Both the position numbers and the translations under genes were made by a program. A stretch of 64,000 nt of DNA from the human T2T-CHM13v2.0 reference genome, Homo sapiens, in assembly GCF_009914755.1 (NCBI RefSeq), contig NC_060948.1; one strand, given 5' to 3'. The notes below the pieces were generated by a model. The model was not told the DNA's origin, searched no databases, and worked only from the letters and a program-made list of their open reading frames with translations. Below are positions 1 to 15,434 of the stretch, piece by piece. Within the stretch, counting starts at the first letter, position 1. Each line of letters starts with the position of its first letter.

Positions 1-42
1 CCAAAGTGCTGGGATTACAGGTGTGAGCCACCGCGCCCGGCC
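1..42 (-). mobile_element. Alu 5' end, truncated by window edge
   Basis: ccaaagtgctgggattacaggtgtgagccaccgcgcccggcc is the reverse complement of the Alu start. Confidence 0.9.
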
Positions 43-289
43 AGGTATTTCTTTATAACAGGCTGAGAACTGACAAATACAGTCTCCTAAAGGCAGGCCT
101 GGGCCCCATACAACATGCCACCTTGTGGGCTCACGGTGAAGCTTATATCATCACCGTGCTAACCTGAGCCGTTTCACTAGACATGTTAACAGTCATAGCT
201 ACAGGTATCTGCAAACTGTACATCCCTGTCTTCATATTCAGGAAGCTCCCACATCGCCAAGCATCCTTTGCCCCAGGAAGAAATAGTAA

Positions 290-585
<296 letters not shown>

Positions 586-1019
586 AGTAAACACACTTTT
601 ACAAATAAACTTTAATTTTCTCCCTTTCTTCTTTGTTTCTGTTTCTCAGTGCCCTCTGTCTGTATTTTTTTTTTTTTTTTCCATAGCTGCCACCCTGGAG
701 TCTTTCATTTCATCCTCGGCTTTTCTTCTGTCAGTCTCATTCACTGAATCTGCCCTTTGCTTCTCCAGCCAGGGTTCTTCTCCTCCATGCTCTGTTTGTC
801 ACATTCCTCTCGCTTCTGTTTTGATTTGTGTAACGGTGAAAATAGATGTGAGGTCGGGATTAGCTGCCCCTAATTCTGTTCAGGTGAACACCACTTATAT
901 CTGCACTTCCCTTTTTCTCCGGAGGTCAGTCTTGCAGAGGAGAAAATGCAGGTTGGCTCAAAGATGCAATGTGAGTGTGACATTTCTTCTATACAAAAAA
1001 AAAAAAAAAAATCGTGTTT

Positions 1020-1114
1020 TGCTTGAACCTGGGAGGCAGAGGTTGCAGTAAGCCAAGAAGGCGCCACTGCACTCCAGCCTGGGCAACAGAGTGAGACTCC
1101 ATCTAAAAAAAAAA
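1020..1114 (+). mobile_element. Alu right-arm 3' fragment
   Basis: gcttgaacctgggaggcagaggttgcag...gagactccatct plus A tail. Confidence 0.9.
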
Positions 1115-1545
1115 ATAGTGTTCTGAATATGAATAATGCCACCTGGTATGGGTGGCTAAATTACCCAAATTCACCCAATTGTTCACTAAAAGATGCTTTT
1201 CTCTTTTTTTTCCTGGTTTGACAGTATTGAGAGTGTAGTTTGAAAACAAAGAAGAGAACATGTTGCCTAAAGAGTGAAAGACAGGACAAGAGAGTTTGAA
1301 AATGGCACGGAAGAGCTTATCACAGTCGGACACTCATCTGAGGCTTCATTTCATCGAAAAGAAAATAGAAAAAGATAAAATAAAATAGAAAAAGAATTCC
1401 ATTCTCCATGATGTAATTATTCATACCTAGTATTCGATAGTACAACAGGGTGACTATTGTCAAAATAATTTAATTGCACATTTTAAGATAACTAAAAGAG
1501 TATGTATTAGTCCGTTTTCATGCTGCTGATAAAGACATACCCAAA

Positions 1546-1853
1546 GCCGGGTGCGGTGGCTCACGCCTGTAATCCCAGCACTTTGGGAGGCTGAGGTGGG
1601 CAGATCACCTGAGGTCAGGAGTTTGAGACCAGCCTGGCCAACATGGTGAAACCCCATCTCTACTAAAAATACAAAACTTAGCCAGGCGTGGTGGCCCATG
1701 CCTGTTATCCCAGCTAATCAGGAGGCTGAGGCTGGAGAATCACTTGAACATGGGTGGCAGAGGTGGCAGTGAGCTGAGATTGCACCACTGCAGTCCAGGC
1801 TGGGCAACAGAGTAAGACTTGGTCTCAAAAAAAAAAAAAAAAAAAAAAAAAAA
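1546..1853 (+). mobile_element. Alu inserted in THE1 LTR
   Basis: Complete dimer with long A tail. Confidence 0.93.
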
Positions 1854-2148
1854 AGCATACCCTAGATTGGGTAATTTATTTAAAAAAAGAGACATACCCG
1901 AGACTGGGAAATTTATAAAGAAAATGAGGTTCCATGGACTCACAGTTCCACATGGCTGAGGAGGCCTCACAGTCATGGTGGAAGGAGAAAGGCACATCTT
2001 ACACGGTGGCAGGCAGAAGACAATGAGAGCCCAGTGAAAGCAGTTTCCCCTGATAAAACCATCAGATCTCATGAGACTTATTCACGACCTCCAGGACAGT
2101 CTGGGGGAAACCAGCCCCATGATTCATTTATCTCCCACCCAGTCCCTC

Positions 2149-2433
2149 CCACAACACATGGGAATCATGGGAGCTACAATTCAAGATGAGATTTGGGTGG
2201 GGACACCACAACACATGGGAATCATGGGAGATGCAATTCAAGATGAGATTTGGTTGGGGACACCACAATACATGGGAATCATGGGAGATACAATTCAAGA
2301 TGAGATTTGGTTGGGGACACCACAATACATGGGAATCATGGGAGATACAATTCAAGATGAGATTTGGTTGGGGACACCACAATACATGGGAATCATGGGA
2401 GATACAATTCAAGATGAGATTTGAGTAGGGACA
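2149..2433. repeat. 57-bp minisatellite, about 5 copies, derived from THE1 LTR
   Basis: Unit cacaatacatgggaatcatgggagatacaattcaagatgagatttggttggggacac. Confidence 0.93.
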
Positions 2434-2629
2434 CAGCCAAATCATATTAGAGTATAATTGGATTGTTTGTAACACAAAGGATAAATGCTTGAGGGCATGC
2501 AAGCTCCATTCTCCACGATGTGATTATGAAGCATTGCATGCTTGTATCAAAACATCCTCTCTGCACGGTGCATTGAACATGAATTATGCCATGTTGACTG
2601 TGTGTGATATCTGATGTATACAAAAACGG

Positions 2630-2860
2630 AGGTCAAGGCCCAAACACTGGGAGCACCAATGTCCAAGAGCATGAGAAGCTGGAGGTCCCGGTTCCAGGTA
2701 AGGAAAAGAGAATATAGTCTCCCTTCATCTGCATTTTCATTCTCTGCAAATCCCTCAGTGGAGAGGACAGTACCCATCCCCATTGGTGAGGGTGGTCTTT
2801 ACTCAGTCTACCTATTGAAATGCTCATCTCTTCCCAAAACACCCTCGCAGACACACCCAG
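2630..2860 (-). mobile_element. MLT2-like (ERVL) LTR fragment
   Basis: ctttactcagtctacctattgaaatgctcatctcttcccaaaacaccctcgcagacacaccc. Confidence 0.6.
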
Positions 2861-2871
2861 TCTGGGTGTGA

Positions 2872-3099
2872 AAAATGGGAGTTGAACAATGAGAACACAT
2901 GGACACAGGGAGGGGAACATCACACACCAGGGCCTGCCGGGGGGTGGGGGGATAGGGGAGGGAGAGCATTAGGAGAAATACCTAATGTAGATGACAGGTT
3001 GATGGGTGCAGCAAACCACCATGGCACATGTATACCTGTGTAACAAACCTGCACGTTTTGCCCATGTACCCCAGAACTTAAAGCATAATAATAATAAAA
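2872..3099 (+). mobile_element. L1PA 3' end
   Basis: gggagttgaacaatgagaacacatggacacaggg...aacaaacctgcacgtt...agaacttaaagcataataat. Confidence 0.92.
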
Positions 3100-3667
3100 T
3101 CTCACGCACCCTAAATATATACAACCTACTATATATCCACACAACATATACATAAATATATACACCTACCATGTACCCACAAAAGATAAAAATTTTAAAA
3201 CACAAAGAGAAAGGAAACAGTGAAAATCAACAGACAGAGGTAAGAGACAACCTCCTATTCAGTGTTGCCGTGGTTCAGTAGAAAAATCCGTCTCACTTCA
3301 GGGCTGGAGAGACCCTCAGGGTCATCCATCATAGCCCACGGAGGTGCCATAAAAAATAATACTCAGGGATCTTCATCTTCAATAAATAAAGACTCTCTTT
3401 ACCTTTCCGAGGTTGTAAAGAATCTTCAATGGACCGTGCCTTTCTCTTGGAAGTATCTTGGGTCTTCGCTGTCGAATTCCTAGGTCATGGAAGAAATTGT
3501 GTGAAAGGTAGAAGGTAAATTTTATTCTGGAATATAGGGTCCAGGAAAGGGGCTGGGGGCCTCATGAATCATCTGAAATTAGGTGCAAAACTTTGCACGT
3601 ATGAGTATGTCTGCACCATGTCTAGATGGAGGGCTCTGAGCTTTCATCACATGTGGAAAGAGGTCTC

Positions 3668-4592
3668 AGAAAGCAAGCAAGAAAGAAAGCAAGCAAGAGT
3701 GAAAGAGGGGGTAGGGAGGGAAGGAGGAGGATGGGGGAGGAGCGAAAGAAACAGAAAGAAAGAAGGGAAAAAGAAAGAAAAAGAAGAAAGAAGGAAGGAA
3801 AGAAAGAAAGAAAGCAAGAAAGAAAGAGAAAAGAAAAGAAAGAAAGGAAGGAGGGAAGGAGGGAAAGAAGGAAGGAAAGAAGGAAAGAAGGAAGGAAGAG
3901 ACAAAAGAAAAAAGGAAGGAAGGTAAAGAAAAAGAGAAAAGGAAAGAAGGAAGGAAAAGAGGAAACAAAAAAGGAAGGAAGGAAAGAAGGAAAAGCAAAA
4001 GAGGAAGGAAAAGAAAAGGAAGGAAGGAAAGAAAAGGAAAAGAGGGAAGGAAGGAAGAGAGGAAACATAAAAGGAAGGAAGGAAAGAAGGAAAAGAAAAA
4101 GAGGGAAGGAAGGAAGGAAAAGAGGAAACATAAAAGGAAGGAAGGAAAGAAGGAAAATAAGAGGAAGGAAGGAAGGAAAGAAGGAGTGAAGGAGGGAGGG
4201 AGGGAAGGAGGAAGGGAGGGAAGGAAGGAAGGAAGGAGCGAGAGAAGGAAGGAAGGAGCGAGAGAAGGAAGGAAGGACAGAGCAAGAGAAGGAAGGAAGG
4301 AGCGAGAGAAGGAAGGAAGGACAGAGCAAGAGAAGGAAGGAAGGAGCGAGAGAAGGAAGGAAGGAGCGAGAGAAGGAAGGAAGGACAGAGCAAGAGAAGG
4401 AAGGAAGGAGCGAGAGAAGGAAGGAAGGAGCGAGAGAAGGAAGGAAGGACAGAGCAAGAGAAGGAAGGAAGGAGCGAGAGAAGGAAGGAAGGAATGAAGG
4501 AATGAAGGAAGGAAGGAAGGAAGGGAGGCAAGGAGGGAAGGGAAGGGAAGGAAGGGATGGCGAAAGAAACAGAGAAATAAAAAGAAAGAGAA
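3668..4592. repeat. Polypurine GGAA/GAAA-rich tract with compound 20/24-bp minisatellite at about 4225-4490
   Basis: Units gaaggaaggaaggagcgaga and gaaggaaggaaggacagagcaaga; explains the K/E/R and S/F/L/P ORFs. Confidence 0.93.
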
Positions 4593-5180
4593 AATTTGAG
4601 GCTTCATAGAGAAGCAAGGGACTCTTGTCTGACCTTGGACCATGGGCTGATGTAAATATGGCTTCTCCCTTTCTTTCTCACAGGCAAATACGGCTGATTT
4701 CCCAGATGTTAGATTCCACTTCGGATTAAGGGCTGTTTCCTAGTAGCCTGTTGTGAAAATACAATCCACAGAGTGTAAATGAGCAAATTTTTAGAGTTTT
4801 CCTAAAGATCCCTACTTGTTATTTTACTAACAACTCCTGCTCCAAAGCACTGCTTGGCGAATCTCATGAAGTTCAGCTGGATCTGAAAGCAACTGAAATT
4901 CCCACAGTTTGGGGAAAAGGGGCTGTTATCAGGGCGTTGTGGGTTTCGTACATAGTCGGGATAGATGCAATTATGGCATCCCGATTACTTGTTATCCATT
5001 ACAGTTAGTTCAGCATCGTGACTAACGATTGATTTAGTGTTCAGTATGGTATTTGGTTAGCAACACTGTGTGCAGTAAGTTGTAAATACTGCTTTCAGCA
5101 TGATTTGGGCTAAAAGGATGTAGTCACTGTTTTCCAATTCAAATACAAATCACAAAAATGTGACCTCAGCATGGTGTTGA

Positions 5181-5449
<269 letters not shown>

Positions 5450-5987
5450 TAATATTATTATTTATGTAAGTAATTTGTGAACATATCCAACTTTGAAATG
5501 TGTAATATTATATAAAGTTAAGCACCTCTTTTTTTGTCACCAGACAATGTCGTCATTCAGTAGGAAATGCTATTTTGAGATGTGTGTGCATGTGTGTGCG
5601 TGTGTACACACACAGTTTGTACACATAGATGTGTATACACTCAAACTGCGCATATGATATGTGTGTCTACAAATACATATTACTAACTCTATACGTCTGT
5701 ATATATTTTTCTGTACATGTGAGACATATATAATATATATAATTATTAATAAGTGCTTATAGCAACATAGATTGCTTTTGTAAGTTTTGTAGATAAATTG
5801 TATCATATGGAGTATTTCGCAACTTGAATTATTTTTACTCCATAATATATTTGCAATCTCAATACGTTGAACAAGTTGACCTGGTTGATTCTGTGGTTCT
5901 TCACACATTTCTGTTTAATGATGGTACAGGGAATTGAACACTGACCTCTTACATCATCCTCAAACAGTTTTACTTTTACTGTTGTAG

Positions 5988-6500
<513 letters not shown>

Positions 6501-6521
6501 TAATTCTATTTTTCTTTATTA

Positions 6522-6677
<156 letters not shown>

Positions 6678-6989
6678 CTATTGATCTCACTTACCCCACA
6701 GAACAGTCCTGACTTCCTTCCTAGCTGCAGGAGGGAAATTGTGGAGAGCAGCCGTCTCCCATCCTTGGAGCTGTTTCCCTAAGTAAATCATGAGGCCACT
6801 TTTGCAGGAAATCCACACGCTGCCGGGAAGAGCTGATACAACTAAATTGAGAAAGCTCTTGGCTTCTGGTGACTCACAGCTGACTGACTGTTCCTTCCCC
6901 CTGAGCAATGAAGGTGAGTGCGGTGGGTGCTGTCCCGCTGGAATCACACAGTAGTGTCTGCCAGACACAGAGATGGAAGGGCGGATTGC

Positions 6990-8080
6990 TTCAGGAGCTT
7001 CCTGGGGTTCCTGCAAAAAAATGCCATAAATTCGGTGGCTAACACTACAAGAATCTATGCTCTCCCAGTCCTGGAAGCTGGTAGTCTCAGATCAAGGTAT
7101 CTCAAGGACATGCTCCCTCCAGAGACTCTAGGGGAGGGTCCTTTCTGCCTCTGCCAGCTCCTGGGGGCTCCAGGTGTCCCTGGGCTTGTGGGTGCGTCAC
7201 TTTAGTCTCTGCCTCTGTCTCCACATGGCCTTCTCCTCTGTGTCTGTCTCCTTTCTGTCTCTTAGAAGGACATCTGTCATTGATTTAGGGACCACACAGA
7301 TAATTCAGGATGATCTCATCTTAAGGTCCTTTATTTAGTTACATCTGCAAACACCCCTTTTTCAAATAAGGTCTCAGTCACAGATTCTGAGGATCAGGAC
7401 ATGGACATACCTTTTTGGGGGATCACAGTTCAATCTACTTCACTTGTATCCAGTTCCCTCCAGAGGCTCTCAGGGAGGGTCCTTCCTGCCTCTCCCAGCT
7501 CCTGGGGGCTCCAGGTGTCCCTGTGCTTGTGGCCACATCACTCCAGTCTCTGCCTCCATCTCCATGCGGCCTTACCCTCTGTGTCTGTTCTCCTCCTCTG
7601 TCTGTTATAGAGACAGCAATGATTGGATTCATGGTCCATCTAATGCAGGATGATCTCATCTTAAAATATTTTACTACTTGCATCTGCAAGGATCTTATTT
7701 CAAAGTAAGCTCCCATTCACAAGTTCTGGGGGTGAGGGTGTGGACATATCTTTCTGGTGGACAATAGTTGAATTCATTACAATTTCATTTAGCCTTCTCT
7801 AGAGGCTCTAGGGGAGGGTCCTTCCTGCCTCTCCCAGCTCCTGGGGGCTCCAGGCATCCCTGGGCTTGTGGCCGCATCACTCCAGTCTCTGCCTCCGTCT
7901 CCATGTGGCCTCATCCTCTGTGTCTCCTCTTCTGTCTTTTAGAAGGACATCTGTCGTTGTATTTAGGACCCACCCTAATCCAGGATGATCTCATCTTAAG
8001 TTAGTTTCACCTGCAAAAAAAAAAAAAAAATTGTTTCCAAACAGGGTTTCACTCGTAGGTACTGGGACTCAGGATTTGCA
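6990..8080 (-). mobile_element. MLT1-derived tandem array, about 3 x 340 bp (STIR-like)
   Basis: Core ggagggtccttcctgcctctcccagctcctgggggctccagg...caggatgatctcatcttaa recurs near 7130, 7470 and 7810. Confidence 0.8.
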
Positions 8081-8584
8081 CCCCTTCTGTTTGCCACGAT
8101 CCTTTATCTCTTCAGCATCCAGCAGCCTGCTGCACACTGCTGTGGACTAATAAAGGCATGAGGGAGACGATCGGAGAAAGAGAATACGGCAGAAGTGTGA
8201 GTCAGACTCCGGGGGCGATGGAACGGTGGAGATGCAGAAATGCAAATTTGCAAATTCGTGTACCCATTTGCTTTGCCCTGGAGCCCAGCGCAGAGCTGGG
8301 GAAGGCAGCTCCGCGGAAGGCAGAGCCCTGCTCTGCCTGGGGTGAGCTCATGGAAGCATTCCAGAAAACAGTGATTAGGCACCTACTGTGTATCAGGCAC
8401 CATGGAGGTCCTCAGAACGCAAGAGTGAGCCAAGTGCGTCCACAGGCTGAGAAGGTAGATGATGGCAAAGGGCGTCAACACCTCTGGGCTGGGGACAGGC
8501 TTAAAATTGGGGAAGAGACTCAGGGGGCCTTGAGCATCATCTGGTATCACACAGGCACCCTAGAGAGAGAAGGTGAGTTGGAGA

Positions 8585-9379
8585 TGTTTCTCATTTAGAA
8601 AAATAAACTGAGGTCTCTCGGCCAGCACGCATTTAATTTTACATAAACATGTTCCATCATAAATCTAACTGATTTTCAACATGAACGTAAAATATAAAAC
8701 CTGCTCTAGGATTTATTTCTAAAAAGACGTTACATCAGAATCGCCTGAATCATCAGACTCATCTGGTTTGGAAAAATTGGATTCATCCAACAAACCTTCA
8801 GCCAACAACTGTTGTAGAACGATGTTAATATCACATGCGGCAATGATATGTTTTCTAGGATTCGACATTTTCAGCGATCGAGAATGATTATATTTCAAAT
8901 GGAAATACCACTATTAAGACAGAATGGTATAAATAGGATGACGTCTTCCGTTTCCAAAGTTGACATATTAGAATGATGAGAAAATAATCATAAAAATGAG
9001 ATACTGAGGCTGAGCACGGTGGTCATCCCAGCACTTTGGGAAGCCGAGGTGGACGGATCACCTGAGGTCAGGAGTTCAAGACCAGCCTGGCCAAGACGGT
9101 GAAACCCCATCTCTACTAAAAATACAAAAATTAGCCCGACGTGGTGGCGGGCGCCTGTAATCCCAGCTACTGGGAAGGCTGAGGCAGGTGAATTGCTTGA
9201 ACCCAGGAGGCGGAGGTTGCAGGGAGCCGAGATCACAACCATTGCACTCCAGCCTGGGTGACAGAGCGAGGATCCATCTCAAAAAAAACAAAAGATACGT
9301 GTGGCAGTGTTATCTCAGAGTAAATGCTGCTGCCACAAGTACAGCCCGTGAGTATTCTCGGGGCAAACAGGAAGAGGGT
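8585..9379 (-). mobile_element. MER75 (piggyBac-derived non-autonomous element) interrupted by an Alu
   Basis: Minus strand begins ccctcttcctgtttgccccgagaatactc; internal ctcgatcgctgaaaatgtcgaatcctagaaaac; ends tttatgtaaaattaaatg...ttttctaaatgagaaa, matching recalled MER75 consensus. Confidence 0.85.
9008..9292 (+). mobile_element. Alu inside MER75
   Basis: Complete dimer. Confidence 0.92.
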
Positions 9380-9908
9380 TGAAGCTAGAGAGACACTCGC
9401 TCTTCCCACCACCTCTTAATGTCCTATTTGTGCTTCAAGGACACTCGGTCCCTTGTTATATCCATAAATCCCTTCTCCTCCCAGCCCAGCAGTGAGGGCC
9501 CCATTGCCCATTACCTATCTATAGGGAACCAGCCCTGCAGGCATGCAGAGACCCCTGAGACAGTCTTCCTCATGTCCCCTCATCATAGCCCCAAAAGCTA
9601 ACACCCAGGGATGGGCTGTAACCCGCTTGAGGTTAGAAGGTCACTGACGTTACAGGAGTCCGCACTGACACCCAGGGGCCCTGACTCCTGGCACGCTGGA
9701 TATTGTTGAGAGGCAGAGGCTGCTCTGGGACACACCTGTTCTTACCTGGTCCCCAGGATCCGGGTCTTTTGAACAGGGCTGCTTTGCACGATACCCTCAG
9801 GTACCTGCCTCCCACGGCTCTGTCCTTCTCAGATGGCTCAGGGCTGTGGTTCCTGGGAAAAGCTTCGGGATGAGGTTTCCTGCCATGTTTCCCCATGGGT
9901 CAGAATAA

Positions 9909-10331
<423 letters not shown>

Positions 10332-10386
10332 CTAGGTATGTTCGTTTAACAATACCGTAGGGTATACTTAAATATTTGTTAGGCTC

Positions 10387-11476
10387 AATTCCTGGTGGCT
10401 TAGTCATTCTGCCCTGGGGATTGTCCTTGCTTCACACTGGTTCCAGAAACTCCTCACGGCCCCCACAATGAATTCCTGGTGGCTTAGTCATTCTGCCCTG
10501 GGGATTGTCCTTGCTTCACACTGGTTCCAGAAACTTCTCATCACCCCCACAATGAATTCCTGGTGGCTTAGTCATTCTGCCCTGGGGATTGTCCTTGCTT
10601 CACACTGGTTCCAGAAACTTCTCACCGTCCCCACAATGAATTCCTGGTGGCTTAGTCATTCTGCCCTGGGGATTGTCCTTGCTTCACACTGGTTCCAGAA
10701 ACTTCTCATCACCCCCACAATGAATTCCTGGTGGCTTAGTCATTCTGCCCTGGGGATTGTCCTTGCTTCACACTGGTTCCAGAAACTTCTCATCACCCCC
10801 ACAATGAATTCCTGGTGGCTTAGTCATTCTGCCCTGGGGATTGTCCTTGCTTCACACTGGTTCCAGAAACTCCTCACGGCCCCCACAATGAATTCCTGGT
10901 GGCTTAGTCATTCTGCCCTGGGGATTGTCCTTGCTTCACACTGGTTCCAGAAACTTCTCACCGTCCCCACAATGAATTCCTGGTGGCTTAGTCATTCTGC
11001 CCTGGGGATTGTCCTTGCTTCACACTGGTTCCAGAAACTTCTCATCACCCCCACAATGAATTCCTGGTGGCTTAGTCATTCTGCCCTGGGGATTGTCCTT
11101 GCTTCACACTGGTTCCAGAAACTTCTCACCGTCCCCACAATGAATTCCTGGTGGCTTAGTCATTCTGCCCTGGGGATTGTCCTTGCTTCACACTGGTTCC
11201 AGAAACTTCTCACCGTCCCCACAATGAATTCCTGGTGGCTTAGTCATTCTGCCCTGGGGATTGTCCTTGCTTCACACTGGTTCCAGAAACTTCTCATCAC
11301 CCCCACAATGAATTCCTGGTGGCTTAGTCATTCTGCCCTGGGGATTGTCCTTGCTTCACACTGGTTCCAGAAACTTCTCACCGTCCCCACAATGAATTCC
11401 TGGTGGCTTAGTCATTCTGCCCTGGGGATTGTCCTTGCTTCACGCTGGTTCCAGAAACTTCTCATCGTCCCCACAA
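10387..11476. repeat. 84-bp VNTR, 13 near-identical copies
   Basis: Unit aattcctggtggcttagtcattctgccctggggattgtccttgcttcacactggttccagaaacttctcatcacccccacaatg starting at 10387, 10471, ... 11395. Confidence 0.97.
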
Positions 11477-11659
11477 AGGGAGCAGATTACGTACAGCACG
11501 TGGTGGTTGACTCCGCAATGACACTCAGGTTTAGACGAATGAGGACAGCTTATCTCCTTATCGTCCCACTCCTCACTCCGGTTATCTGTACCCTTCTGTC
11601 TTTATATCCAGCTTTGCCTGTGCTGAGAAGCAGCCTCTCAAGGCCAGAAGTAAGAATAG

Positions 11660-12129
<470 letters not shown>

Positions 12130-12392
12130 TAAATCTCTTATATGAACTGTGAACAAACATCACCTAGGAGATGGGAAAAGACCCATCTCCCTTCAATATG
12201 CAGCCGTACAATCATAGAGAGGAGGCCCTGTTTCTGTTCCATTCATTCGGTTTTCATTTTATTGTATTAATCTTTATTTATTTTTGAGACAGGGTGTTGT
12301 TGCAGTTTCGCCCAGGCTGGAGTCATCCTCCTGCCTCAGCCTCCCAAGTAGCTAGGACTACAGACATGGGCCACCCGTGCCTGCCTGGCTAA

Positions 12393-13122
<730 letters not shown>

Positions 13123-13669
13123 GTTCATTGTGTTTTCAAAAACCCTCCAACCTGTTGCTAATGACATTGTTGATGAAATACAATCGCTCAAATTATCCAA
13201 AATTATTTTCAACAGGGACACACTAGGAAAACACAGCTGTATTTACTTTCAGCATCTGCATTTATGCATTTCCCACCAAAAATCACATGATTACAGTCAG
13301 CACGCAACGCAACGATGTCAATTGTGCCGGGCTGTGGGATTGGGTGCACTGAGAATAGTGCAGTCAGTTGGAGTTGAGTCCTTCTGGCCCCTTCGGAACA
13401 GCACTGGAGAGAAGAAACATCACCAGGCTAAAATAAATACTTGGAGAGTCCAAAAGAAGGTGCATTTTGGACGGCTATATTTTTAACACGTTTTTGAAAA
13501 CTCACGCATGTAACAGAGTCTCAGGTGATCTGCCCTTGTGGTTCACACTTTTATCTCCTGTCACTTGAACCTGGGAGGCGGAGGCTGCAGTGAGCCGAGG
13601 TTGTGCCACTGCACTCCAGCCTGGGTGACAGAGAGAGACTCTGTCTCAAAAACAAATAAATAAAACGAG

Positions 13670-13762
13670 AATGAATGGTTTCTAGGGCATGACTTTCCAG
13701 CTCCCTTAGATAGGCATTTGGGCAAGATTAAAGAAAAAAAAAAAGACAGAGCTTCGTCCTCA
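13670..13762 (-). mobile_element. MER4-family LTR 5' fragment
   Basis: Minus strand tgaggacgaagctctg...atcttgcccaaatgcctatctaaggg...gtcatgccctagaaacca. Confidence 0.7.
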
Positions 13763-13822
13763 CGTTAATGTGACCCTTCCATCAGATTGATGAAAAGTAA
13801 TGGCGGTTTTTGCCATTGCTTT

Positions 13823-15191
13823 TGTGAACCCTGAAAACGTCAGACAGGTGGCGGTAAGTTTAGAAAGTTTATTTTTTCAGGGTTGACGACGGGCACCTGT
13901 GACACACCCTCAGGAGGTCCCGATGACATGTACCCAAGGTGGTTGGGGCAAAACTTGGTTTTATACATTTTAGAAAGGCATGAGACATCAATCAACATAT
14001 GTAAGAAGTACATTGGTTCAGTCTGGGAAGGTGGGACGAGTTCAAACAAAGGCAGGAAGACTCTAAGCGGGAAGGGGGTTTCCAGATCACAGATAGATAA
14101 GAGACAAATGGCTGCGTTATTTTGAGTTTCTGATGAGCGTTTCTAAAGGAGGCAATCAGATTTGCATCTATCTGAGTGAGCAGAGGGGCAACTTTGAATA
14201 AAGTGGGAGGCAGGTTGGCCCTAAGCAGCTCCCAGCTTGAATGGAGACTGGAAGCAGGGAGGGGGATTCCAGGTCCAGAGAGATGAATGACTACATTCTT
14301 ATATATATATTATATATTTAGTGTGTGTATATATATATTTTATATATATATATATATATAAGTTCTAGGGTACATGTGCACAACGTGCAGGTTTGTTACA
14401 TAGGTATACATGTGCCATGTTGGTTTGCTGCACCCATTAACTCGTCATTTACATTAGGTATATCTCCTAATGCTCTCCCTCCCCCATCCCCCCCCCCCAA
14501 CGACAGGCCCCGGTGTGCGATGTTCCCCACTCTGTGTCCAAGTGTTCTCATTGTTCAATTCCCATCTATGAGTGAGAACGTGCAGTGTTTGGTTTTCTGT
14601 CCTTGCGATAGTTTGCTCAGAAAGATGGTTTCCAGCTTCATCCATGTCGGTACAAAGGACATGAATTCATCCTTTTTTATGGCTGCATAGTATTCCATGG
14701 TGTCTATGTGCCACGTTTTCTTAATCCATTCTATCATTGATGGACATTTGGGTTGGTTCCAAGTCTTTGCTATTGTGGACAGTGCTGCAATAAACATACA
14801 TGTGCATGTGTCTGTATAGTAGCATGATTTATAATCCTTTGGGTATATACCCAGTCATGGGATGGCTGGGTCAAATGGTATTTCTGGTTCTAGATCCTTG
14901 AGGAATGGCCACACTGTCTTCCACAATGGTTGAACTAGTTTACACTCCCACCAACAGTGCAAAAGCGTTCCTATTTCTCCACATCCTCTCCAGCACCTGT
15001 TGTTTCCTGACTTTTTAGTGATCGCCTGAATGGCTACATTCTTTTGAGTGTCTGATGACCCTTTCCAAAGGAGGCAACTAGATATGGCATCTGTCTCAGT
15101 GAGCACAGGGGTAACTTTGAATAAAATGGGAGGCAGGTTGGCCGTAAGCAGCTCCCAGCTTGAAGGGGCCCAAAGTACTTTCCTTTCACCC
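13823..15191 (-). mobile_element. MER4A1-like ERV1 LTR inserted in MADE1, with internal duplication and nested L1
   Basis: tgtgaacc...gacatgtacccaaggtgg...taagcagctcccagcttga...ctttcctttcac; flanking cttt duplication. Confidence 0.82.
14301..15026 (-). mobile_element. 5'-truncated L1PA with (TA)n tail and TSD
   Basis: L1 3'UTR plus ORF2 C-terminal remnant ([26 protein letters not shown]); TSD tgaatg(a/g)ctacattctt at about 14284 and 15027. Confidence 0.92.
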
Positions 15192-15300
15192 CTTTTAATG
15201 GGAAAAACTGCAGTGACTGTTGCACCAACCCAGTACATGTGGCGAATTAGCCTGCATGAGACCCATGGACGATGAGACTCTTTGAAAATAAGAATTTATG

Positions 15301-15425
15301 GGCTGGGCACGGTGGCTCATGCCTGTAATCCCAGCACTTTGGGAACCCGAGGCGGGTGGATCACCTGAGGTCAGGAGTTCGAGAACAGCTGGCCAACGTG
15401 GAGAAACCCCGTCTCTACTGAAAAA
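15301..15425 (+). mobile_element. Alu left-arm fragment
   Basis: ggctgggcacggtggctcatgcc...ccgtctctactgaaaa. Confidence 0.88.
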
Positions 15426-15434
15426 CACGGGGTT

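Larger units (their letters stand above)
1503..2449 (-). mobile_element. THE1 (MaLR) solo LTR containing an Alu and an internal minisatellite
   Basis: tgtattagtccgttttcatgctgctgataaagacatacc...cagccaaatcatatta; 5-bp TSD gagta on both sides. Confidence 0.88.
1398..3200 (+). mobile_element. Old L1 (L1MA-like) 3' end split by nested insertions (pieces about 1398-1502, 2449-2555, 3100-3200)
   Basis: L1M 3'UTR motifs acaacagggtgactat...aataatttaattg, ttgtttgtaacacaaaggataaatgcttgagg, atatacacctaccatgtacccac. Confidence 0.7.
13782..15233. mobile_element. MADE1 (Hsmar1 MITE) split in two (13782-13822 and 15192-15233)
   Basis: Left tcagattgatgaaaagtaatggcggtttttgccattgcttt; right taatgggaaaaactgcagtgactgttgcaccaaccca. 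Confidence 0.8.

Noticed and set aside
3564-4643. Long ORFs of 100-331 aa on both strands
   Set aside because: Translations of a GGAA/TTCC low-complexity tract
8240-8256. Octamer within palindrome tgcaaatttgca
   Set aside because: Isolated short motif with no supporting context
10387-11476. CRISPR-like appearance of the 84-bp array
   Set aside because: No unique spacers, only 3-4 recurring micro-variants; no cas genes; primate context
14555-15238. ORFs resembling the L1 ORF2p C-terminus
   Set aside because: 5'-truncated L1 remnant, not a functional gene
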